64,000 bases of DNA from an uncultured Chloroflexia bacterium (GTDB lineage Bacteria; Chloroflexota; Dehalococcoidia; SM23-28-2; RBG-16-64-32), in assembly GCA_963717065.1 (NCBI GenBank), contig CAVQVC010000001.1:2385001-2449000 (forward strand), written 5' to 3'. Positions 26,681 to 35,732 of the stretch are shown piece after piece. Below the pieces are notes generated by a model. That model was not told where the DNA came from and searched no databases. It saw nothing but the letters and a program-made list of their open reading frames with translations. The stretch's first letter is position 1. The number at the start of each line of letters is the position of its first letter. The position numbers and the translations under genes were made by a program.

Positions 26681-27692
26681 ATGACCACCGCCGCCAAGCC
26701 AATCACCGGCCCCAAACTCTGGCTCCAGGCCATCTACACCGTCCCCCAGGTCAACACCTCCGAGGTCGACCCACTCTCGCGCTGGCTGATCCTCGGCCGC
26801 GTCTCCGTCGCCGTCATGAGCCTCATCTCCGCGCTCATCGGCGGCATGCTCGCCCTGCGCGAGGACGACTTCAACCTCGGCCTCGCCCTCCTCTGCGCCC
26901 TCGGCCTCCTCCTCGCCCACACCGGCTCCAACCTCGTCAACGACTTCTGGGACTCACCGCCACGGCATCGATTCACCCGACTCCCCCCGCGTCAACTACG
27001 GCCCCCACCCGCTTACGGGCGAAGGCGGCAGTCGCGAGTTCGCCCTCGTCACGGTGCTCGTCCTCGCCGCCGCCACGGTCATCGGCGTCGTCCTCACGAT
27101 CGCCTCCGGCCCGGGCGTCCTCATCTTCGCGCTGACCGGCGCTGCCCTCCTGCTTCTCTACTCCGGCGGCCCCTACCCGCTCAAGTACATCGGCCTCGGC
27201 GAGATCGCCGTCTTCTTCATCTGGGGCCCGCTGATGATCGGCGGCACCTACTACGTCATCACCGAGACCCTCCCCGGCTGGGTGCTCCTCGCCTCCGTCC
27301 CCTACGGCCTCGGCGTCACGACCGTCCTCTTCGGCAAGCACCTCGACAAACTCGACTTCGATAAGTCCAAGCACATCCGCACGATGCCCATCCTCCTCGG
27401 CGAGTACTGGGCCCGTCGCACGACGGTCGTCCTCTCCGTCCTCATGTACGTCTCTACCGTCGCCCTCGCCGTCTGGCAGGGGATGTGGGCTCTCGTCCTC
27501 GCCGCCGGTGCCATCCCGCTGCTCCTGCTGCTCATCCGCTTCTTCCGCAACCCCAAGCCGCATGAGCCGCCGGAGGGCTACCGTGGCTGGCCGCTATGGT
27601 TCGTGGCCGTCGCCTTCATCCACAACCGGCGCTTCGGCATGCTCTTCGTCAGCGGCCTCGCCCTCCAGATCGCCGCCGAAGCCGTCTTCTAG
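26681..27692 (+). pseudogene. UbiA-family prenyltransferase, 1 apparent frameshift near 26960
   Basis: NLVNDFWD in the first frame; HGIDSPDSPRVNYGPHPL...YSGGPYPLKYIGLGEIAVFFIWGPL in the frame of ORF 27054..27692. Confidence 0.75.
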
Positions 27693-27710
27693 GCCGGTCC
27701 GAACAACAAC

Positions 27711-27758
27711 GCTCCGACCCCGCTGTAGCGGAGCCCATCGTGGCTCCATGACGGGCGC
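27711..27758 (+). repeat. 48-nt intergenic repeat copy X1 (double-hairpin element after a stop codon)
   Basis: gctccgaccccgctgtagcggagcccatcgtggctccatgacgggcgc. 43/48 identical to 29591..29638; contains GGAGCC-n6-GGCTCC. Confidence 0.6.
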
Positions 27759-27845
27759 CGGGATCCCGGACTGCCTCCGGAAGGCGCCCGCTCACCCCCC
27801 GTTGGGTGCTTGCAACTAAATTATGTCCACGCCGGGTAACGAGAA

Positions 27846-29574
27846 GTGAAACCTCGCGTCATACAGCCCGTAGCCAGACGAGAGGTACAGATGCCAAAGT
27901 CCCCCGTGCTGGCCGAGCCCGCAAAGACGGCTAGGGGAAACAATGGGAACGGCCTGGGAACGCCAACCCGATACCGCAGGCAGAATGACGACGCCCCGGC
28001 GCCGGGCCGGCAAACGGCCCCGTGGGACGGCTGGCGCGCCGACCGCACGCTGATGGCGTTGCTCAACGCCTCGCCGGACACCGCCCTGCTGATCACGACC
28101 AACGGCACCATCCTGGCGCTCAACGAGACTGCCAAGAAGCGCTTGGCAGCCTTCGCGCAATCCGCCGACAGTAGCGGCTCTGCACCCCGCAAGCGAGACC
28201 TCATCGGTACCTGTGTCTTCGACCTATTCCCCCCCGATCTCGCGCGCAGCCGCCGCGCCCGAGACCGCGAGGTCATCCGCACGGGCAAACCCCTCCGCTA
28301 CGAAGACCAGCGGAACGACCAGTGGTTTGACACGAGCATCCAGCCCGTAACCGACCCCGATGGCAAGGTTGTCGCCCTCGCGGTGTTCAGCCGCGAAGTC
28401 ACCGAGCGCAAGCGCAACGAGCAGGCGCTGGCCGAAAGCAGGGAGACCGCTCGAGCGCTTCTGAACGCACCCACCGACACCGCGCTCCTCATCGACACGA
28501 AGGGCACGATCATTGCCCTAAACAAGACTGCGACCCTGCGGCTGAGGGAGCTCGCCGCCCGCCGACGGCAGGAACACCACGACCTCGTCGGCCTCTGTGT
28601 CTTCGACCTCTTTCACGAGGACGTCGCCGCCACACGACGCGCCCGAAACGACGAAGTCGTGCGCACCGGCCGCGCCGCGCGTTTCGTCGACAAGCGGAAC
28701 GGGTTCTGGTTCGACAACACGATCTACCCGATGAAGGACGCACAGGGCAACGTGGCGCGGCTCGCGATCTTCTCCCGCGACATCACCGACATCAAGCAGG
28801 CGGAGGAAGAGATCCGCGCACAGGCCCAGGAGCTTTCCTCCTTCAACACACGCCTCAGCGAGACCGCGGCTCATCTTGCGGAGTCCCAGCGCGACCTTTT
28901 GCGGCTGAACCAGGAGCTCCAGGAAGAGCGACGCATTGTCGAAGACCTCAACCGCGACCTCGAGATGAAGGTCAGGGAGCGCACCGCCGACCTCCGCCGC
29001 GCCTATCGATGAGCTACACCAGCGCACCAAGGAACTTGTGCACGCCAAGGCCGAGGCGGCCACAGACGCCCTTACCGGGCTGCGCAACCACCGCGCCTTC
29101 CACGAACGCATCGCCCAGGAGATCCCCGCCGCCGAAGCCGCCGAGGACAGCATCAGCCTGATCATGCTGGACGTCGACAACTTCAAGCGCATCAACGACC
29201 ACCTCGGTCACCTTGCCGGCGACCGCATCCTGCGCGGCCTGGCGCGCGCCATCCGCAAGGTCGTCTCGAAGGAGAACGCCTACCGTTACGGCGGCGATGA
29301 ATTTGCCATACTGTTGCGTGGCAAGGACACAAAGCGCGCCACCGTCGTCGCGGAAAAGCTGCGAGCCTCCGTCGAAAGCACCCTGCAGCAGAGCGACACC
29401 AAAGTTACCGTCAGCCTCGGTGTTGCCGATCTGTCAGGGATCGCCGGGCCGATCGAAGAGTTGATCTACCGCGCCGACATGGCGATGTACTGGGCCAAGT
29501 CCGTCGGCAAGAACCGCGTCGGTGAGTGGTCCGGCCTCCAGCTCCAGCGCGCTCCCGACCCCCTCCCAGCCTGA
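27846..29574 (+). pseudogene. PAS-PAS-coiled coil-GGDEF diguanylate cyclase, split by one apparent 1-nt insertion near 29000
   Basis: ORF 27846..29012 has two PAS repeats (DTALLI..NGTI.ALN). ORF 29038..29574 has GGDEF (RYGGDEFAILL). Removing one c in gcctatCgatgag joins them as ...RRAYDELHQRTKEL... Confidence 0.8.
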
Positions 29575-29590
29575 CCCGTCCTGCCCCAAA

Positions 29591-29638
29591 GCTCCGACCC
29601 CTCTGTAGCGGAGCCCGTCGTGGCTCCATGGCGGACGC
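29591..29638 (+). repeat. 48-nt intergenic repeat copy X2
   Basis: gctccgacccctctgtagcggagcccgtcgtggctccatggcggacgc, starting 16 nt after the GGDEF stop. Its ATG (29628) is the candidate start of the next gene. Confidence 0.6.
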
Positions 29639-30173
29639 AGCGACACCCCACAACATCCGAACGCGCGCCCATCTGCTAACCTGCTTCCTGACATCATTCA
29701 ACGGGAGGCATTCACTGGAACCGGAACCGATCATCGCCGCAGCCGCTGGCTTCCTGATCGCCGTCCTCTGGTTCGACCTCATGTTCGACGTCCAGATCCT
29801 CCGTCACCGCCACAGCCCGGAGGTGGCCGAGGAAACGCTGGGCTCGATCGCCGCCTACTACCGGCGGGTCACCACCACAGCGTCGCCGATGGGACGGCTC
29901 GTCGGGCTCGTGATGGTCGTGCTTTTGCTGGCCCTGGTCTGGCAGGCGGTGGATGGTGACGCGCCTGCCTGGGTAAGCGTCGTTTCGTTCGTGGCCGGGG
30001 GGCTTGCCATCGGCCTCGCTCTGTTGCGGGTGTTCGGCCGCGCAAGAAGGCTCGGTTCAAGAGTCGATCCGCCGGATGTGCAGAGCACCTTCGCCCGCAG
30101 CATCTTGCGCGATCACCTCGTCTGTCTTACGGGGATGAGCACGCTCCTGGTAGTTCAATTGGCGGCGGCCTGA
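29628..30173 (+). CDS. hypothetical integral membrane protein
   Basis: Four predicted hydrophobic helices (IIAAAAGFLIAVLWFDLMF, LVGLVMVVLLLALVW, WVSVVSFVAGGLAIGLALL, LTGMSTLLVVQLAA). Start uncertain. Confidence 0.4.
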   Translation: MADAATPHNIRTRAHLLTCFLTSFNGRHSLEPEPIIAAAAGFLIAVLWFDLMFDVQILRHRHSPEVAEETLGSIAAYYRRVTTTASPMGRLVGLVMVVLLLALVWQAVDGDAPAWVSVVSFVAGGLAIGLALLRVFGRARRLGSRVDPPDVQSTFARSILRDHLVCLTGMSTLLVVQLAAA

Positions 30174-30245
30174 TGCCGGTGGACCACCGGGCGCGGGCTT
30201 CGGCCGAGGGCTGTATCGCCTAGCGAGCCTCGAGTTTGCGCGGCC

Positions 30246-30587
30246 TCAAAGGCCAGGGGGGATCGCCCGCCGCAGCGACGGCATCCGCGGCCGTCGAGGT
30301 GATCGGCCAGGAGCCAGCACTTCCAGAACAAGTGGCGTGCGCCCAATGGTCGTAACCACGGCATGGTCGCGGCCTGGCGCCAGTTTCATTTCACCGCCGA
30401 TACCGAGGACGGTATCTCGCCCCGCGAATGCGACCCAGGCCTGACCCGCCAGCACGCGGATTCCCGAGGTCCCACGAGGAAGCAGATACGCCTCTCCCTC
30501 GTAAAGCACCAGGCGTGACTCGACCGATGTCCCATTGCGCCTGTTTGCCGCGATCGTCGATGCAGAGAGCAATGCCATGATTCTCAC
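30246..30587 (-). CDS. small DUF2917-like protein
   Basis: LVLYEGEAYLLPRGTSGIRVLAGQAWVAFAGRDTVLGIGGEMKL pattern typical of DUF2917. The start overlaps the upstream ORF's stop. Confidence 0.4.
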   Translation of the reverse strand: MRIMALLSASTIAANRRNGTSVESRLVLYEGEAYLLPRGTSGIRVLAGQAWVAFAGRDTVLGIGGEMKLAPGRDHAVVTTIGRTPLVLEVLAPGRSPRRPRMPSLRRAIPPGL

Positions 30588-30808
30588 CGTGCCTTTCGCC
30601 GAAGCGTCAGCTCAGAGACTTCGCTGCTTGCGTTGGGGCTGGCCCAGGCTTCGAGCCGGTGACCCAGGCGGTGCAGCGCCCTGCCTACCGGCCGCGCGAG
30701 CGGTGCCAGAGCCGGCTTACTCGGCGCCTGCTCCACGAACTGCGCACAGTGCATGCGCGATTCGGCATCCCTTATCTTTTCAGTCGCGTATAGGTGTTGC
30801 TCCAGCAT
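30584..30808 (-). CDS. hypothetical small protein
   Basis: 74-aa ORF, co-directional and overlapping (ATGA) with 30246..30587. No recognisable motif. Confidence 0.3.
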   Translation of the reverse strand: MLEQHLYATEKIRDAESRMHCAQFVEQAPSKPALAPLARPVGRALHRLGHRLEAWASPNASSEVSELTLRRKAR

Positions 30809-30821
30809 CGATAAACTCCTC

Positions 30822-31931
30822 TTAGCGTGTCCGGCTCGCCGCGGGCGCCAGCAGGTCCAGCGCTCCGGTGAGCTCTTCCCGTATCGCCGGGTTCACCGAG
30901 AAAAACTTCATGTTGTTCTGCCGCCGCGCGTTCACCAGTCCCACCGCCTTCATGAAACTCAGGTGCCGCGATACCACCGACTGGTGGATCCCGGTCGCCT
31001 CCACGATCTCCTGCGCGTACATCTCGCGATTCCGCAGCAGCCGTAATATTCGCAGCCTCTGCTCGTCTGCGAGCGCCTTGTAGATCCGCGCCAGCCGTGT
31101 CTCTTCCATATCCACGCTCACGCCCAGGAACTCGGGCTCGAGCGGGTAGAACATGCCGTGAACACCATTCACGATCGCGCAGGAGTTGTAGACGCCCATG
31201 TCCATGGAGGGCACAAAGATGTGGCGCTCATACGGGCCCCCGCAGCCTGCCTCCAGGCACGATTTCGGCCTGCCCGTAACGGTCCGCGCCACCGCCTCCG
31301 CATCGGACATCGCCTCCGCGCTGTGCACGCCCACGCTGCGCTCCAGCGCGTGCAATCGATGTGGCATCTCGCTTGCGTAGTGCTCGGCGTAGAAGCGCCT
31401 TATCAGACCCACCATCCGTTCGCGGAGTTCTGCCGGACGGTCGTAGTACGGCATGATCGCGTCCGCGTCACGGTCGTCGAAGCTGCGGATGCGCTGTTCG
31501 ATAGCGTCGCGCTGCGGCATCCGCTCGTATGTCTCCCGGTCGAAGTCATCGGGGTAGCGGAATGTTGCCTGGTAGATCAGCCCCTGGATGCCAGGGTTGG
31601 CATCCAGCTCGCCGATTCCGTCGGGCATGCTCTCAACGTATTCGATCAGCGCGTCCACGCTGCGCCAGGTCTCGGGGCGGGCGAACAGGTTGTCGCCGAG
31701 GGTGCCCATCAAGCCCGGGTCGCCGGCAGGGTAGTTGTAGAGGAAGTCCAGCTCGGCCAGCAAGTCGGGCGCCATCTCGTCGCGCAGCCGTACAGGCCAT
31801 CCCTCCACGCCCTCCATCTGGGGCACCAGCGACGTGAAATACATCGCGTTCATCAGGTCGAGGGAGGGTGAGGCCGCGAACTGGATCGAGCGAATCTCGG
31901 CGTCTACTCGTGTCGGGGTCAATCTGGGCAC
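30822..31931 (-). CDS. ArsR-family transcriptional regulator with large N-terminal DUF5937-like domain
   Basis: C-terminal wHTH YKALADEQRLRILRLLRNREMYAQEIVEATGIHQSVVSRHLSFMKAVGLV. GTG start at 31931 preceded by GAGGAAG. Confidence 0.75.
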   Translation of the reverse strand: MPRLTPTRVDAEIRSIQFAASPSLDLMNAMYFTSLVPQMEGVEGWPVRLRDEMAPDLLAELDFLYNYPAGDPGLMGTLGDNLFARPETWRSVDALIEYVESMPDGIGELDANPGIQGLIYQATFRYPDDFDRETYERMPQRDAIEQRIRSFDDRDADAIMPYYDRPAELRERMVGLIRRFYAEHYASEMPHRLHALERSVGVHSAEAMSDAEAVARTVTGRPKSCLEAGCGGPYERHIFVPSMDMGVYNSCAIVNGVHGMFYPLEPEFLGVSVDMEETRLARIYKALADEQRLRILRLLRNREMYAQEIVEATGIHQSVVSRHLSFMKAVGLVNARRQNNMKFFSVNPAIREELTGALDLLAPAASRTR

Positions 31932-31959
31932 GCTGTCTTCCTCGCTTTCGTCTATGCTC

Positions 31960-31988
31960 AAACTAGCATATACGCATTTAGTTGTCAA
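31960..31988 (-). promoter_or_regulatory. sigma-70-like promoter TTGACA-17-TAGTTT for the ArsR-type gene
   Basis: Minus strand: TTGACAactaaatgcgtatatgcTAGTTT, in a visibly AT-richer patch, 28 nt upstream of the GTG start. Confidence 0.35.
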
Positions 31989-32080
31989 CCCCTCCGCACC
32001 CAAAATTACCAAATAAATTCGACCCGCGTCCCTGACCCCCCGCCGCCTACCTCGTTCTTGCCTGATACAATAGGCCAGAT

Positions 32081-33205
32081 ATGGCCACAACCCAGCGCGA
32101 TTACTACGACGTCCTCGGCGTCGATCGCAGCGCCTCCCAGGACGAGATCAAGAAGGCGTTCCGCAGGCTGGCCATGCAATACCACCCGGACCGCAACAAG
32201 GAGGATGACGCGGAGGCTCGCTTCAAGGAGGTGGGCGAGGCTTACGAGGTCCTCTCCGATACCGAGAAGCGCTCCGCCTACGACCGCTTCGGCCACGCCG
32301 GACTCCAGGGCTTCGACTTCGGCCGCGGCTTCGAGGGCGCCGACTTCGGCGGCTTCGGCGACATCTTCGAGGCCTTCTTCGGCAACACCGCCACCGGCCG
32401 CCGCTCTCGCGGTGCCCAACGCGGCGGCGACCGTCGCGTCGATATCAGCATCGAGCTCGAGGACGCCGCCTTCGGCTGCGAGCGCGAAATCATCGTTGAC
32501 CGCATCGAGCGCTGCATCCGCTGCGCCGGCGCTGGCAGCGAGCCCGGCTCGCAGGTCGTTCGCTGCGCCACCTGTGAAGGCACCGGACAGGTGAAGCGCG
32601 TCTCGCGCAGCTTTTTCGGCCAGTTCGTCAACATCGCGACTTGCGGCCAGTGCCGCGGCGAAGGAAAAGTTATCACCACCCCCTGCACCGACTGCCGCGG
32701 CAGCGGCCAGGAGCGCAAACAGCGCAGTCTCATGGTCAAGATCCCCGCCGGCGTCAGCGACGGCTCCCGTATGCGCCTCAGCGGCGAAGGCGACACCGGC
32801 CTCCAGGGAGGCCAGCCCGGGCACCTCTACGTCTACATCAACGTCGCCGAGCACCCCTACTTCACCCGCGACGAGAATGACCTCATCTACGACCTGCCGA
32901 TGAACCCGGCGCAGGCAGCCCTCGGCTTCGAGGCCGACATCCCCACCCTCGACGATGAATGGACGACGCATAAGGTCCCCGCCGGCACCCAGAACGGCCA
33001 GACGTTCACGCTCAAGGGCAAGGGCGTCCAGCGCCTCCACGAGAACGGCCGCGGCAACCTCATCGTGCGCGCCAACGTCCTCATCCCCACCGACCTCACC
33101 GATGAGCAGCGCGAACTCCTTCGCCGCCTTGCCGAGACCTTCGAAACCCCCGTCGAAAACGGCGACAAGGGTTTTTTCGGCAAGGTCAAAGACGCCCTGT
33201 CGTAG
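32081..33205 (+). CDS. dnaJ: molecular chaperone DnaJ
   Basis: J domain [35 protein letters not shown] region, four CxxCxGxG zinc-finger repeats. Confidence 0.93.
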   Translation: MATTQRDYYDVLGVDRSASQDEIKKAFRRLAMQYHPDRNKEDDAEARFKEVGEAYEVLSDTEKRSAYDRFGHAGLQGFDFGRGFEGADFGGFGDIFEAFFGNTATGRRSRGAQRGGDRRVDISIELEDAAFGCEREIIVDRIERCIRCAGAGSEPGSQVVRCATCEGTGQVKRVSRSFFGQFVNIATCGQCRGEGKVITTPCTDCRGSGQERKQRSLMVKIPAGVSDGSRMRLSGEGDTGLQGGQPGHLYVYINVAEHPYFTRDENDLIYDLPMNPAQAALGFEADIPTLDDEWTTHKVPAGTQNGQTFTLKGKGVQRLHENGRGNLIVRANVLIPTDLTDEQRELLRRLAETFETPVENGDKGFFGKVKDALS

Positions 33206-33234
33206 ACCCAACGTAGGGCACGTAACCAAGACCT

Positions 33235-33328
33235 GTAGGGGCTGAGCAACCGCACGGCACGCGACTAAGACAACGTTCCGCATCGAGGTAAGTCTGGGCT
33301 GCGGAGCGCTCGGTTGCTCAGCCCCTAC
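33235..33328. repeat. 94-nt inverted-repeat element with 18-bp perfect arms (GTAGGGGCTGAGCAACCG...CGGTTGCTCAGCCCCTAC)
   Basis: Arms at 33235..33252 and 33311..33328, 58-nt spacer. Intergenic, between dnaJ and prmA. Confidence 0.7.
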
Positions 33329-33354
33329 GCCCCGACCCACCCCACGCCGCTTCC

Positions 33355-33385
33355 CGCTCGTCCTGAGGCTCTCGTAGGATGAGCG
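33355..33385 (+). repeat. 31-nt palindromic repeat, copy 1 (10-bp arms, 11-nt loop)
   Basis: cgctcgtcctgaggctctcgtaggatgagcg, ending 4 nt before the prmA ATG. Same element at 44062..44092 and 44657..44687. Confidence 0.7.
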
Positions 33386-33389
33386 CAGG

Positions 33390-34373
33390 ATGACCTCCGA
33401 TAACCTCGACTCCTGGCTCGAAATTTCCGTCGAGGTCGTCGGCATCGACACCGAGACGGTAGCCGATCTCTTCCGCCAGGCCTGCGCGGGTGGCGCCGCC
33501 ATCGAGCCCGCTCACCGCCTCGACCCCGAGATCGACGCCTACGTGGTTGACGGCGACGCTCCGGCCGTAGTCCGCGGCTACCTGCCCGAAGATGCCGATA
33601 CCGAGCGCATCCGCCGCTCCCTGCGCCTCGCTGTGCAGGCGGCCCCGCTCGTCTCGCCGGCCCGCTGGCGCCGCGCCAGGCGCATCCGCGAGGAGTCCTG
33701 GCGCGACGCCTGGAAGAAGCACTTCGGCGTCCAGCGAATCGGCCGCGCGCTCGTCGTCGCCCCGTCCTGGGTGGAGTACCGTCTCAAGGAGGGCGAAACC
33801 GTAATCCGCATCGACCCGGGTATGGCCTTCGGCACCGGCCAGCACCCGACCACCGCCATGTGCCTCCTCGCTCTCGAGGCCCGCGTCCGGCCCGGCATGT
33901 CCGTCCTCGACCTCGGCTGCGGCTCCGGAATCCTCTCCATTGCCGCCGCCAAACTCGGCGCCGCCCGCGTCCTCGCCCTCGATGTCGACCCGCTCGCCGT
34001 CAAAGCCACCACGGAAAACGCTGTCGCCAATGGCGTGGCGGCCCTCATCAAGGCGCGCGAAGGCACCCTGGGAGAAAGAGCGGCTCAGCGGTCCGCTCGC
34101 CCGGAGGCATCGAAGGGCCGAGCAGGGCGACGCACCGCATCGCATGGAGACGCGTTCGACCTCATCGCCGCGAACATTTCCGGCTTCACCCTCGAGCGGC
34201 TGGCGCCAGACCTGTCCTCAGCGCTCGCTCCCGGCGGCGCCCTCGTCGCCAGTGGCTTTCTCGACGACGCGGTCGCCTATCTGAGCACATCCTTCGAAGA
34301 AGCGGGCATGCGCGTTGAAGAGGTGGTGGAGGATGGCGTCTGGAGAGCGATCATCGCGAGCCGCCCCAGCTGA
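33390..34373 (+). CDS. prmA: ribosomal protein L11 methyltransferase
   Basis: IDPGMAFGTGQHPTTAMCL, SAM motif VLDLGCGSGILSIAAAKLGA, DLIAANI. Contains an extra segment of about 25 aa (see findings). Confidence 0.88.
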   Translation: MTSDNLDSWLEISVEVVGIDTETVADLFRQACAGGAAIEPAHRLDPEIDAYVVDGDAPAVVRGYLPEDADTERIRRSLRLAVQAAPLVSPARWRRARRIREESWRDAWKKHFGVQRIGRALVVAPSWVEYRLKEGETVIRIDPGMAFGTGQHPTTAMCLLALEARVRPGMSVLDLGCGSGILSIAAAKLGAARVLALDVDPLAVKATTENAVANGVAALIKAREGTLGERAAQRSARPEASKGRAGRRTASHGDAFDLIAANISGFTLERLAPDLSSALAPGGALVASGFLDDAVAYLSTSFEEAGMRVEEVVEDGVWRAIIASRPS

Positions 34374-34384
34374 CTACTCCCGCT

Positions 34385-34392
34385 GTAGAATA
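34385..34392 (+). promoter_or_regulatory. GTAGAATA box 9 nt upstream of the first ATG of the right cyclase array
   Basis: gctGTAGAATAacgccagcATGGAACCGC; homologous to 4256..4263 on the other strand. Confidence 0.25.
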
Positions 34393-34400
34393 ACGCCAGC

Positions 34401-35732
34401 ATGGAACCGCGCATCCAGTACGCGAAGACCAACGACGGTGTAACTATCGGCTTCGCCACCGCAGGAGTGGGTCCCTGTCTCGTATACATGCCGATCTTCC
34501 CTTTCAACCACATCCAGTTGGAGTGGGAACACCCGCCGAGGCGACACTGGTATGAGCGCTTGGCATCGAAACGAATGCTGGCCCGCTACGACTTCCGGGG
34601 CACCGGACTTTCTCAGCGCAACATCGCCGATTACTCGCTGGACACCCATGTTTCGGACCTCGAGGCCGTCGTCGATCGCCTTCAGCTGGAGAAGTTGGCA
34701 ATCTACGGGTTCCTGCACACGGCGCCCGTAGCCGTGGCATACGCTGCTCGACACCCGGAACGAGTGTCGCACCTGGTTCTGTTCCGGCCCTACGCGCGGG
34801 GATCCGACTACGCCAGTTCACCACAGGGCAGGGCGATCCGAGCCCTCATCGATCTGGACTGGGAGACCTATAAGCACGTTGCGACCTATGTCGTAACCGG
34901 GTGGTCAGAGGAAGCGCAATTCTGGTCCGGCATGGCCGATGAGTCTACCGACGCGGAAAGCGCGTCGGAGTTCATACGGGCTGCCGAGGAGTATGACGTC
35001 GTGTCCCTCCTGCCCAGCGTGAAGGCGCCAACGCTCGTACTTCATCGGCGCCAGGTCCGCTGGCCCCCGCAGGCGCTGGTGAATGAGCTGGTCTCTCAGA
35101 TGCCGAACGCCCGCCTGCTGATGCTGGAGGGTAAGTCAGGAGCATTGAATCCGGGGGAGAATATGGAAGCGAGCCTGGGAGCCATCGAAGAGTTCCTGAG
35201 CGAGGGCACGGCTCTGCCCCCGGCGGCCTCTGATCTCCCGTCAGGCACCGCCATCATCCTCTTCGCCGACATCGTCGACTCCACGGCGCTAACCGAGCGT
35301 CTCGGGGACGCCGCGTTCCGCGAGAAGGCCCGCGACCTCGACTCTGCGCTCCGAGGCATCATTCGCGACCATGCCGGCTCGCCCATCGAAGGCAAGCTAC
35401 TGGGGGACGGCGTGCTCGCCACCTTCGCGAGCGCGCGGCAGGCGATCGAGGCGGCGCTGGCCTGCGGGAAGGCGGGGAATGAGGGTGGGTTGCCGCTCCA
35501 CGTCGGCCTCCACGCCGGGGACGTGATCCGCGAGGACAACAACGTCTACGGTGGCGCCGTCAACATCGCCTCGCGCATCAGCGGCCTCTCGGCGCCGGGT
35601 GAGGTGCTGGTCTCTGACGTCGTCCGCACTTTGGCGCGCACCTCCGCCGGCGTTACATTCGAGGACCGCGGCGAGCAGGCGCTGAAGGGGGTGGGGGAGA
35701 AGGTGCGGGTGTGGGTTGTTCGGAGCGAGTGA
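34401..35732 (+). CDS. alpha/beta-hydrolase-like domain fused to class III cyclase domain (K-type paralog)
   Basis: 443 aa; YDFRGTGLSQR, ILFADIVDST, EGKLLGDGVLATF, NVYGGAVNIASR. Confidence 0.85.
   Translation: MEPRIQYAKTNDGVTIGFATAGVGPCLVYMPIFPFNHIQLEWEHPPRRHWYERLASKRMLARYDFRGTGLSQRNIADYSLDTHVSDLEAVVDRLQLEKLAIYGFLHTAPVAVAYAARHPERVSHLVLFRPYARGSDYASSPQGRAIRALIDLDWETYKHVATYVVTGWSEEAQFWSGMADESTDAESASEFIRAAEEYDVVSLLPSVKAPTLVLHRRQVRWPPQALVNELVSQMPNARLLMLEGKSGALNPGENMEASLGAIEEFLSEGTALPPAASDLPSGTAIILFADIVDSTALTERLGDAAFREKARDLDSALRGIIRDHAGSPIEGKLLGDGVLATFASARQAIEAALACGKAGNEGGLPLHVGLHAGDVIREDNNVYGGAVNIASRISGLSAPGEVLVSDVVRTLARTSAGVTFEDRGEQALKGVGEKVRVWVVRSE

Noticed and set aside
32000-32080. Heat-shock operator (CIRCE or HAIR) upstream of dnaJ
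   Set aside because: Neither TTAGCACTC-n9-GAGTGCTAA nor CTTGAGT-n7-ACTCAAG is present. There is only a weak TACAAT 11 nt before the ATG, which is not enough to call.
32006-33502. 498-aa ORF on the minus strand spanning the dnaJ region
   Set aside because: It lies entirely antisense to the well-supported dnaJ gene and to repeat-rich intergenic DNA. Its Ala/Gly/Val/Asp-rich composition is typical of shadow ORFs in high-GC DNA, and it has no motifs.
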